The position numbers were made by a program, and so were the translations under genes. A stretch of 64,000 nucleotides of DNA. Origin: an uncultured bacterium (GTDB taxonomy: Bacteria > Zixibacteria > MSB-5A5 > UBA10806). Where the stretch lies: assembly GCA_965541585.1 (NCBI GenBank), contig CBEUCH010000015.1:1-64000 (forward strand), in the 5' to 3' direction. How positions within the stretch are numbered: the stretch's first letter is position 1; every line of letters begins with the position of its first letter. The notes under the pieces were generated by a model. That model saw nothing but the letters and a program-made list of their open reading frames with translations. It did no database searches and was not told the origin of the DNA. This document shows, piece after piece, positions 40,401 to 48,360 of the stretch.

Positions 40401-40486
40401 GCCGGAATGGCGGAATAGGTAGACGCAAGGGACTTAAAATCCCTCGGTCCGTATGGACTGTGCCGGTTCGATTCCGGCTTCCGGCA
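40401..40486 (+). tRNA. tRNA-Leu(TAA), probable integration site
   Basis: GCCGGAA/TTCCGGC acceptor stem; aggga-CT-TAA-AA-tccct; long variable arm; GGTTCGATTCC. Confidence 0.97.
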
Positions 40487-40505
40487 TTATAAATCACTAC
40501 GAGTG

Positions 40506-40541
40506 AACGGGTTGCAAAATGTGCATCGCAACCCGTTTTTT
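40506..40541. terminator. Hairpin between tRNA-Leu and the integrase 3' end
   Basis: aacgggttgc...gcaacccgtt followed by a T-run. Confidence 0.7.
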
Positions 40542-40595
40542 GGTGGATTGTAGGCAAGTCCTACATGAGTCCACACTTTTTGCGGTTTTTACCAG

Positions 40596-41663
40596 TCAAT
40601 AAGGAAGTTTTGCCACCATGTCGGTCTTGTATTTTTCCGCAAGATGAGCGTATATTTCTGTGGTTTTGATGGAGGAATGACCCAATAGTTCCTTTATTGC
40701 GTATAGCGGCACTCCTGCCATCGCAAGATGTGAGGCATAGGAAAAACGTAGGGAATGGCAGCTAGCCCAGTCCAGGCCTATCGAGGAACAGGTCTTACTG
40801 ATTTTCCGGCTTACTGTATCGGGTTTCCATTGTGGGAGTTCCTTTCCTTTTTCATCCCGGGAACCAAAAACTTTATTGTCTTTTCTCCTTTGAAGTGAAC
40901 CAAGCATTTTCCCAAGACCACTTTTTTTATCAAACCCAAGGTATCTATACCTTCTACTCTTCGAATTTGACGCCCTTATTGTAATCTGGCATTTATTGAA
41001 ATCAATGTCATCCCAGGTTAATGATAAGGCCTCGCGAAGCCTAACGCCCGTCCATAAATAAAAATTCACAACATCTTGGAAAACAGTTCCTTCAAACGCT
41101 TCGCGTAACTTCTCAATTTCGTCTACTTCAAGATACTTTGGTCGAGGCGCACCTTGGCTCCGTAGCATTTTGATCCTTCTAAAAGGGCTCGTTTCCATTA
41201 GCCCCCAGCTAAGAGCGGTATTAAATATTGCCTTAAGATGACGAAGCTCTAGATTTACCGTCGATTCTGAAATATGTGAGTTTTTTCTATTTGACGGCTG
41301 GCTGAGTCTGTGTCTAACATAACCATCAACGAGGGCGCTATTGATTGTTTTCAATTCAACGTTTCCGATGTATTTCGCAAACAATCTCAATACTCTTTCT
41401 TCTCTGTTTAAAGTCGATGGCCTCTTTACAAGACTGCAGTGATTTAAATAATCACGCATAAAATCTTCGAGTAGAATATTCTCAAATTGCCCTACTGTAG
41501 ATTTGCCTTCAACAAGCTGGCTGCAAAACTTATGGTACTCTTTTTGAGCAGTCCGTTTATCAACTTCACCGATTGTTTTTAATTGATCTCTGCCATTCAA
41601 TCTGTAACGAATTACCCACACAGATCTCCCCGTCCTGTAATTTCTTTTTTGCAATGAGGCCAT
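40596..41663 (-). CDS. int: Tyrosine recombinase/integrase
   Basis: TGVRLRE (R), K, HSLR, LGHSSIKTTEIY; SAM-like domain; AAGGAGGTG RBS. Confidence 0.95.
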   Translation of the reverse strand: MASLQKRNYRTGRSVWVIRYRLNGRDQLKTIGEVDKRTAQKEYHKFCSQLVEGKSTVGQFENILLEDFMRDYLNHCSLVKRPSTLNREERVLRLFAKYIGNVELKTINSALVDGYVRHRLSQPSNRKNSHISESTVNLELRHLKAIFNTALSWGLMETSPFRRIKMLRSQGAPRPKYLEVDEIEKLREAFEGTVFQDVVNFYLWTGVRLREALSLTWDDIDFNKCQITIRASNSKSRRYRYLGFDKKSGLGKMLGSLQRRKDNKVFGSRDEKGKELPQWKPDTVSRKISKTCSSIGLDWASCHSLRFSYASHLAMAGVPLYAIKELLGHSSIKTTEIYAHLAEKYKTDMVAKLPY

Positions 41664-41684
41664 CAACACTCACCTCCTTTCCGG

Positions 41685-41912
41685 CTATTTGATAAAGTTG
41701 ATTTTTTGTTTGAATTCGTTTTCCTCGATGAAATGAACGACCTGGTCGTAGGTGAAACAGATTGAATTTCGGCCGTATCGAGTACAGGTGATCCGCCCGG
41801 ACTTTATCCAGCGAATGACCGTGTTATAGTGGACACCCAGGAGATCAGCCACCTCACGTAAGGTCTTGGTCAATTTACCGTCGGGCCAGGTGTTCATCTC
41901 CTTATACCTCAA
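41685..41912 (-). CDS. Excisionase-like HTH_17 DNA-binding protein
   Basis: TLREVADLLGVHYNTVIRWIKSGRI; directly upstream of int. Confidence 0.85.
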   Translation of the reverse strand: MRYKEMNTWPDGKLTKTLREVADLLGVHYNTVIRWIKSGRITCTRYGRNSICFTYDQVVHFIEENEFKQKINFIK

Positions 41913-41993
41913 AAATTAATCCCAAAATCACCTCCCGGCGAAAAATATAGCCCAAAAAAACACCGGGAGGCTTCGGAACGCCTACAAACGTTC

Positions 41994-42458
41994 CTACGTT
42001 TGACTGCCTGACGGACTATTTTTTAGTCCGTGGCCGAATTCGATGAACAATTTATTGGCATTGACCAGATGCTCAAACATGTCCCGCATATCGCCAATCA
42101 ATCTCTCAAGCGATTTTCCGATTTCATCAACCGATTCGAACCTATGCTCCTTAGCTATATGATGAGATAAATTCCCAATGATGATCGTCCATTCATGCAA
42201 AAAACCTCGAGTGAGAGATTCATAATTCTTCAGATCATCCAAGGATTGGAATTCTCTGGCTGAAGATGCGAGTTGATCCAGCCTGGGGAGGATGTAATCA
42301 GTATATGCTCGAACCGAGATATACGTTTCGCCATTTTTATCCTCCAGGGCATCCGCGTCAGCAAGGATGTCCATCGCAGCTCTGCGCTGACTATCATCAA
42401 GGCGGAGCGCTTTAAAATGGTCTTCCAACAGTACGTGGAAATCGCCTTTATCTTTCAT
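41994..42458 (-). CDS. Hypothetical helical protein (paralog of 42552-43043)
   Basis: GGAGG RBS; shares the ADAL..N...YIS...Y...EW...H pattern with its neighbour. Confidence 0.75.
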   Translation of the reverse strand: MKDKGDFHVLLEDHFKALRLDDSQRRAAMDILADADALEDKNGETYISVRAYTDYILPRLDQLASSAREFQSLDDLKNYESLTRGFLHEWTIIIGNLSHHIAKEHRFESVDEIGKSLERLIGDMRDMFEHLVNANKLFIEFGHGLKNSPSGSQT

Positions 42459-42551
42459 TGTTTTACCTCCATTTTTGGTTTGTAAGAATGTCAGCGTTTT
42501 TTTAGGGTCGCCCTAGTCGCCGCAATAAAGACGGCGACTAGAGCAGTAAGG

Positions 42552-43043
42552 TTATTCGCATTCATGCAAGTTATGGCCTTCCGCGTAAGCCCTTAGGATC
42601 TCATCCGACGGAGGTGGGGCACCCATATCAAAGAGGATTTTGTGGCTGGATATGCAATGGTCGACCAGGCTTTTCAACTCAGAATTTACGGTCACCCACG
42701 CCTGAAAAAGGTCGCTCCTGATGGCACTATTACGTGGATCAACCGCCATGTTCATTATATCCACGCCGAATAACATCCATTCCTTCACCAGCTTGGCCGC
42801 CAGCGACGCATAAAAACTGTAGTCCTCCTCGGTCTGCGACTCAACTGCCATATTCTCCAATCCACTTAGGGCGTCATGCATAAATGTTGAATAGGTCTTG
42901 AATGAAATGTATTCGATTTCGTTTTCTTGGGATAAGGCGTCAGCTTTATCGAATACGGCACGGATTGATTTACGGCAATTGTCGCATTTTCCTTTAGTGT
43001 GGAGATCAAAAGGGATTAAGACGTCTTTTTCTAATCTTGTCAT
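42552..43043 (-). CDS. Hypothetical helical protein (paralog of 41994-42458)
   Basis: Start MTRLEK at 43043 follows GAAAGG; colinear similarity to its neighbour. Confidence 0.75.
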   Translation of the reverse strand: MTRLEKDVLIPFDLHTKGKCDNCRKSIRAVFDKADALSQENEIEYISFKTYSTFMHDALSGLENMAVESQTEEDYSFYASLAAKLVKEWMLFGVDIMNMAVDPRNSAIRSDLFQAWVTVNSELKSLVDHCISSHKILFDMGAPPPSDEILRAYAEGHNLHECE

Positions 43044-43117
43044 TTTTTTCCTTTCATTTTTGTACCCGGTCGCCTCATAGTGGTGGCGACAGGAACCTGA
43101 TCGCATTCAAGTGCAAA

Positions 43118-43987
43118 TCAGACATCGTACATCGTGCCAGGGCCAACAAACCTTACCCTGATTTCCTTTATCCTTTCTCCCCAGCCTTCTACCTCACCGA
43201 TCAAAGCTTCGACGTCGTAAGCACCATCGCCGAGCCCAGCTGGGATCAGAACCGCAATTCCTTCTCCTATCTGGTAGCCTCTCTTAAAGCCATCCACAAT
43301 CTCTTGTATTGGATGGATATCACTGTGGAAATGACATGGATCGAAGACCATGACATACCCGCTATCAACATTAATCTGGCCAATCGTGGTCCACATGTCC
43401 TCTACGGCTGTCTCCTTGTTCGTTGTCGCAGATACCGGTTCTCCTCCAGAGTGATATTTTTTCGCTGTTCCTTCACGCTTCCTGTTCTCAAGGAAGGAAT
43501 CGACCCGTTTTTTCTCCTCGGGGATGAGCTTTCCAAGACGATCCTCAGCCTCTTCTAATGTCTTCAGATCTGCATCGAGCTCGCCATAAACATCGCGGTA
43601 TTCATGAGCGAGATCCAGCCGCTTACCAGGGTCATCTTCCTGTAGCATCTTGCTGAAGGTTTCTTTTAGCTTAATTTCTTTTAACAAGGATAGGGTGGCC
43701 AATCGATAAGTAATGCCTCGAAGTTTACCGATGGAATTGATCGTATTAACTATTTTGGACGGCTCGATAATTCCCCTGCCAGTCTGCCCTGGGGACTTGA
43801 GTTCGCCCAGCTGTCCCAGAAGTAGGGACGATAAACGTATGTAATTGTTCTCGCCTATTCTGATAAGAGCGTCGTGAATTGAGGCTTGGATCTCCAGGGT
43901 TTTCTGATCAATGCCAGATACATTGGAGTAAGCTTCTGCCAACACGAGGTCGCCGAAAACATCAAGTAGTTTGTTTTGATTTTCCAT
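43118..43987 (-). CDS. Hypothetical protein with C-terminal DUF4241-like domain
   Basis: IGQINVDSGYVMVFDP...GLGDGAYDV motif; AGGAG RBS. Confidence 0.65.
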   Translation of the reverse strand: MENQNKLLDVFGDLVLAEAYSNVSGIDQKTLEIQASIHDALIRIGENNYIRLSSLLLGQLGELKSPGQTGRGIIEPSKIVNTINSIGKLRGITYRLATLSLLKEIKLKETFSKMLQEDDPGKRLDLAHEYRDVYGELDADLKTLEEAEDRLGKLIPEEKKRVDSFLENRKREGTAKKYHSGGEPVSATTNKETAVEDMWTTIGQINVDSGYVMVFDPCHFHSDIHPIQEIVDGFKRGYQIGEGIAVLIPAGLGDGAYDVEALIGEVEGWGERIKEIRVRFVGPGTMYDV

Positions 43988-44059
43988 TTATTTCGTTCTC
44001 CTATTTTTATGCCCGGCGCCGGATGGAACGGCGACGCGGGCGTTAATGGTCAACAGTTA

Positions 44060-44599
44060 CTACTTGACTGGCTCGGCGACAGGTGTCGCTCCTTCTTCCG
44101 GACCTCCATCCTCGGCAGAGTCGTTAGCTTCCAAATCGTCAAGCATCGCTCTTCGCTCAGCCTGTACGCGTTTCAAACCCTGCGTGGCATCTTCGAGATT
44201 CTTGCGGTGGCGTTCAAGATCGGTCTCCAATGTGCTTTTCTCCCCGCGTAAACTGTAGATCTCGTCATCGGAGGTAGCGTCTTTAAGCAAGGCTTCGATT
44301 GCTTTTAGCCTCCGCTCTTTCTTCTTAATGATGTCAGGCAATCTTTTCAGATTCGATTTGAGGATGCCGATCTGTTTGGTATCCGCCAAGGTCTTGCCGG
44401 TCTTCGAGCGTTCGCTTACTTTGGAATTGAATGCCCTCAGAACGTTGGCATCCCACTCCTCCAGGCAGATATGTGGCGCCCCGGCATACTCGAAGAGAAT
44501 ACCGGCTTTCGATGCCTCCTCGGTCACTTTATCAACATCAGAATATTCCCGAAGTTCGGCCAACTGTTGAATTGTTAAAATTGTCTTTGGGGATTTCAA
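44060..44599 (-). CDS. Hypothetical protein, HTH-like N-terminus plus coiled coil
   Basis: TTG start after AGGAGG; LTIQQLAEL N-terminus; heptad-rich C-terminal half. Confidence 0.7.
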   Translation of the reverse strand: MKSPKTILTIQQLAELREYSDVDKVTEEASKAGILFEYAGAPHICLEEWDANVLRAFNSKVSERSKTGKTLADTKQIGILKSNLKRLPDIIKKKERRLKAIEALLKDATSDDEIYSLRGEKSTLETDLERHRKNLEDATQGLKRVQAERRAMLDDLEANDSAEDGGPEEGATPVAEPVK

Positions 44600-44978
44600 A
44601 GAAAACCTCCTATGATAAAAGTTAAATTTTCATTATCTCATCTACTTGATAGTAGAAACGGGTTGTAGTGGGGTTCCTCCTTTCAGTCAGCATTCATTGA
44701 CGATTAATTGGTCCATCCTTAATAATGTGACCGGTCACGAAAGCTCGACTCCTTCCCTGATAATTTCAAAACCTCCGAGATTCACAGGGGCAATCGTTCC
44801 ATCAGCGCTTGCACATTCTTCTAACTAAAAAATTATCGGGGTTCACAAAATATAATGGATGATGTAAGCCACTATCTTGTGCTATAAACACTTAGAGAGA
44901 AAAAATAATTATAAAAAAAAAGATAATATTTTATTTGTATTATTGGAGGCTAATTACGGAGAGATAAACTACAAAATA

Positions 44979-46877
44979 TCAGCGATCAGAGCGCCGATAA
45001 ATCTTAAATATTGAACAATAATAACCCATATCCCTATCGCATTCTATTAGATTTTCTTCTATTTTGAAAAAATGGCGCAATCGCTCATTTGTTTCTGAAA
45101 TGTTTACTATTAAAGTGGCATCAGTCTTCTTATAATGTAATATTCCGTTACTATCAGCCAGCTTACCCAGCACCTCTTCGTAAGGCCTAATTGAATTTCT
45201 TTTTGATTTTATATTCTGAAAACCCATCTCCTTAAACGTTCTAATTTCTGTTGGATGCTTTTTCCTAACATCATTGATATCAAATTTACATGAATCGTCT
45301 GCGAAACCAACTACAAGCTGCTTCCATTCAATTCCGGGTGGCAATATAAATGGGATTATTGAATCAATCGCTTCTTGTGGGATAGACGGTTTTTTCTCTT
45401 TGGCTTTTTGTTCTCTATCTATTAATAAACTATCTGGAAGTTCAGTCAAAGTGTTTTCATTATCATCAGCGAGGAGTACTGTTCGTTCAATTACTGACCG
45501 CAGTTCCCTTATGTTGCCCTCTTTCCAGCTGTGTAATTTTAGTTTCTTTAATAGATCTTTGGAAACTTTCCGGATATTTTTCCTGAATTGTTTCGAGAAT
45601 TCAGCAATAAACAGGTTAACAAACTTTTCAATATCGTCGCTTCTTTCTCTTAAAGGAGGTATATGTATCTCATAAGTATTTATCCGATGATAAAAATCCT
45701 CTCTCATAATGTTATTATCTATTAAGTGACGTGGTTTTTTGCTCAATGTCATAACTATTTTAATATCTGTTTTTATACTCTTGGTAAAGCCCTGTTCCTG
45801 TATTTCCCCCTTATCTAAAAACCTCAGCATCTTTCCCTGAAAATCATAAGGCATATCATTGACATTATCTAAAAATACTGTCCCTTTATCAGCCTGTTCA
45901 AAGATGCCCTTTTGATTGTGTATCCCTTCCAAAAAAGGTCTATTCTTGGCGCCGAATAGATAATACTCGAATGCAGCATTTGCAATCTCGGAGCAGTAAA
46001 CAACATAGAACGGTTCCCTGTTTCTATTACTTTTGCCATGAAAATAGCGCGCAATAACATCTTTTCCGGTTCCGGGCTCACCGTTAAGTAATATGATTTT
46101 TGCTTCATCATACTTAGCGATTTTTTCAACCTCTGATAAAACATTCTTAAAATTTGGAGCATCCCCGATTATAGTGAAAGGCTGATCAGCTATTTTCATA
46201 ATTGCCGGTTTTGCCTGGTCAACATATGTCTGAATATTCCCGACGAGATCAGAATAACTGTCCGTATCTCCGAGAATATTAGCATACTTTTCACCAAGCC
46301 GGGCGAATGGGATTTCCTCAAGAGCGATATCGGCATTCTCACCCTTCCGCGGATAGAAATAATCTGGTGTCATGATGCCCTCGGGGTGTCGAAGGTAATA
46401 AAGATGATCTTGTTTTCTGCCTAATATTGTTAAGGCGAGTCCCAAATAAACGGACATTATTCTTCTTCCGCCCGCATATATACAGTGTAATTCTGTATCG
46501 GGGTCTTTTGTCAAGTTCCTAAGTAAATTCGCAATTTTATTCGCGGTCATTTCAAATTGTTCTGGAGTCTTTATATCATCCTGGATATTTCCTTTCTCAT
46601 CTTCAATCATATAGATATCTTCTTCAGTAAATTTGGGGAATGTTTTATATTCCGCGCAAAACTTGCTGAAGACTTTGTTTTCGCCGAGTAAAGGGGGCAT
46701 ACCTGTTCTAGGATTACCCATAAAGAGTTCGTCCCTGCCAATTGATGTTGTGATTAAGACTATTCTTTCAATATCGATGGGTCGCGGCCGTTTTCGGGTT
46801 CTAAAATACCAAAGCGACAGTGTTATAACGTTAGGGATGTTACCGAAGACGCCAAATAGCAAGTGCATCTTTTTCAT
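44979..46877 (-). CDS. NE0113/Crn1-type CARF + degenerate sigma54-activator AAA+ + putative wHTH fusion
   Basis: FG..PNVIT...ITTSIG...DDIKT...HCIYAGGRRIMS...QDHLYY...IPFARL (Cas_NE0113 pattern); GEPGTGKDVIARYFH, ADKGTVFLD, REDFYHRI, IPPLRER and W.GNIRELRSVIER (bEBP pattern). Confidence 0.85.
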   Translation of the reverse strand: MKKMHLLFGVFGNIPNVITLSLWYFRTRKRPRPIDIERIVLITTSIGRDELFMGNPRTGMPPLLGENKVFSKFCAEYKTFPKFTEEDIYMIEDEKGNIQDDIKTPEQFEMTANKIANLLRNLTKDPDTELHCIYAGGRRIMSVYLGLALTILGRKQDHLYYLRHPEGIMTPDYFYPRKGENADIALEEIPFARLGEKYANILGDTDSYSDLVGNIQTYVDQAKPAIMKIADQPFTIIGDAPNFKNVLSEVEKIAKYDEAKIILLNGEPGTGKDVIARYFHGKSNRNREPFYVVYCSEIANAAFEYYLFGAKNRPFLEGIHNQKGIFEQADKGTVFLDNVNDMPYDFQGKMLRFLDKGEIQEQGFTKSIKTDIKIVMTLSKKPRHLIDNNIMREDFYHRINTYEIHIPPLRERSDDIEKFVNLFIAEFSKQFRKNIRKVSKDLLKKLKLHSWKEGNIRELRSVIERTVLLADDNENTLTELPDSLLIDREQKAKEKKPSIPQEAIDSIIPFILPPGIEWKQLVVGFADDSCKFDINDVRKKHPTEIRTFKEMGFQNIKSKRNSIRPYEEVLGKLADSNGILHYKKTDATLIVNISETNERLRHFFKIEENLIECDRDMGYYCSIFKIYRRSDR

Positions 46878-47461
46878 GTTTGGCTCTCCTTAAAAATGCT
46901 CCACGTACCTTGAATGTGATATCTGCCTCTGATCTATTCTACATTTTCAATCGGGCGAGATCGCCTTTTCTAATCGCAAATTCATTTTAGCTCAAATCAG
47001 TAAGATTGTAAAGCGGATCTCGTAACGCTAAGTGTCTGATTCATCAAACTCTCCATTTATCGTATTAGAATAGCGCTTTTATGGCTTATTTCTAACGATT
47101 CTGTGGCCAATGCGATTTATTATTTGCGTCACTATCATGTTTCTTCCCCCTCGTTTTTATGGCACCACGGCAAAGGCCTCTGAGGCGCAATCGCCAGCCG
47201 GTTTGCCATAGTATCCGCCGTTAACTCGATACGACTGATTTGCAATTCTATGTCTGCCAATGGCTTATGTTTGCTGCATCGGGGTCCGAAACCAACCCGA
47301 CCATCTACCAACGACTTATGGGGATCGACGGGTGGCCCCAGAGTGCCTCCGAAATTTCAAACCGCTCAGGGACGATTTTGGGCCGTCTTCTCGTGACATC
47401 GAAATTCCATAAAATCTACACTAAATCGAGCTAGCGGGAAGAAGAAAAAGTAAAAAAACAT

Positions 47462-47490
47462 TTGACAAAGCTACAATGTTTTAGTATAAT
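47462..47490 (+). promoter_or_regulatory. Perfect consensus sigma70 promoter, leaderless transcript predicted
   Basis: TTGACA(47462-67)-17 bp-TATAAT(47485-90); ATG at 47497 with no RBS. Confidence 0.85.
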
Positions 47491-47496
47491 TAGTAT

Positions 47497-47943
47497 ATGA
47501 AAGAAACCCCTGATTTGAAATCGCTCCGTCTGGCGCAAAAGCTAACCTTGGCCGAAGTGGCACTACGCATGGACGTTTCCAAAGGTTTTGTATGCCATCT
47601 GGAGAACGGAATCAGAAGACTAAACGATGATCTGACCAAGCGGCTGGCAGCGGCTCTGGACTGTCCGGAAAACGAGGTATGGAAAGCCAGCCAACGTTCT
47701 GGCGAAAAGAATACGATTTCCAATAGCTGGATCTCTCAGGTAAGGATCAATGGCTATCCAGTTTTCGATGCTTTCAAGTATCATCTTGAAGCGAAGAAGA
47801 AAAAACCTGATGTCAGAAATAGGGCAAGGCTCAGAAAACAGCTCGCACAATTCATAAGTGAGAACCTGCCGTTTTCGGTGATGGCTGAACTTTCAGAGAA
47901 TGACATATTGCTGGACCAGGTTGTTGAGCACTGCAAAAAGTAA
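47497..47943 (+). CDS. XRE-family HTH regulator
   Basis: LKSLRLAQKLTLAEVALRMDVSKGFVCHLENG. Confidence 0.9.
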   Translation: MKETPDLKSLRLAQKLTLAEVALRMDVSKGFVCHLENGIRRLNDDLTKRLAAALDCPENEVWKASQRSGEKNTISNSWISQVRINGYPVFDAFKYHLEAKKKKPDVRNRARLRKQLAQFISENLPFSVMAELSENDILLDQVVEHCKK

Positions 47944-48067
47944 CCTCTAGCCAATTCCACTACATCCAAACATTGAAATCATGGAAGGCCAGCTTGGCTG
48001 GTTGATGATTGATTGAAACTAACCAGAGAGCCTCATCATTGGGGCGCTCGAAACCAAACAATAAATT

Positions 48068-48295
48068 ATGAATACAAAAGACATGAACTACGCAGCATAT
48101 TTGCTGGCGAATAATCAAAAATTAGAAAACTGCTATGCTGAAGGACGCCGATTCTGGTTTGTGTTTTCGGATGATAAGGTTATTAATACGCTTGAAGAGC
48201 AGTATTATATGAATACTGGGGCTATTAAACCTCAGCACTTTATTAACGCGCAGAAAATATTGAAAAATCTGATAAGAAACTTCCGACCAGTATAG
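48068..48295 (+). CDS. DUF5659-like small phage/MGE protein
   Basis: T.D...AAYL....KL.......FWFVF pattern; precedes the replication gene. Confidence 0.6.
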   Translation: MNTKDMNYAAYLLANNQKLENCYAEGRRFWFVFSDDKVINTLEEQYYMNTGAIKPQHFINAQKILKNLIRNFRPV

Positions 48296-48360
48296 GTAGC
48301 GAAATATGAATATGAACACTTGGAATATTAAAAACGAGTCATGCCATGACTTAGCCCTGA

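Noticed and set aside
44708..44740. Palindrome gtgaccggtcac as a CRP-like site
   Set aside because: The spacer is 4 rather than 6 nt and it occurs once. It could be an operator but is unsupported.
47158..47212. c-di-GMP-I riboswitch-like GGCAAA...GCAA...AGCCGGTTTGCC
   Set aside because: Lacks the GNRA tetraloop and the second stem, and is too short. Kept only as an unexplained hairpin.
44600..47460. CRISPR array or mini-array next to the CARF gene (including a minus-strand stretch ending TTGAAAT at ~47353)
   Set aside because: No repeated 25-40 nt unit with spacers and no cas genes; the single stretch has no repeat-like palindrome.
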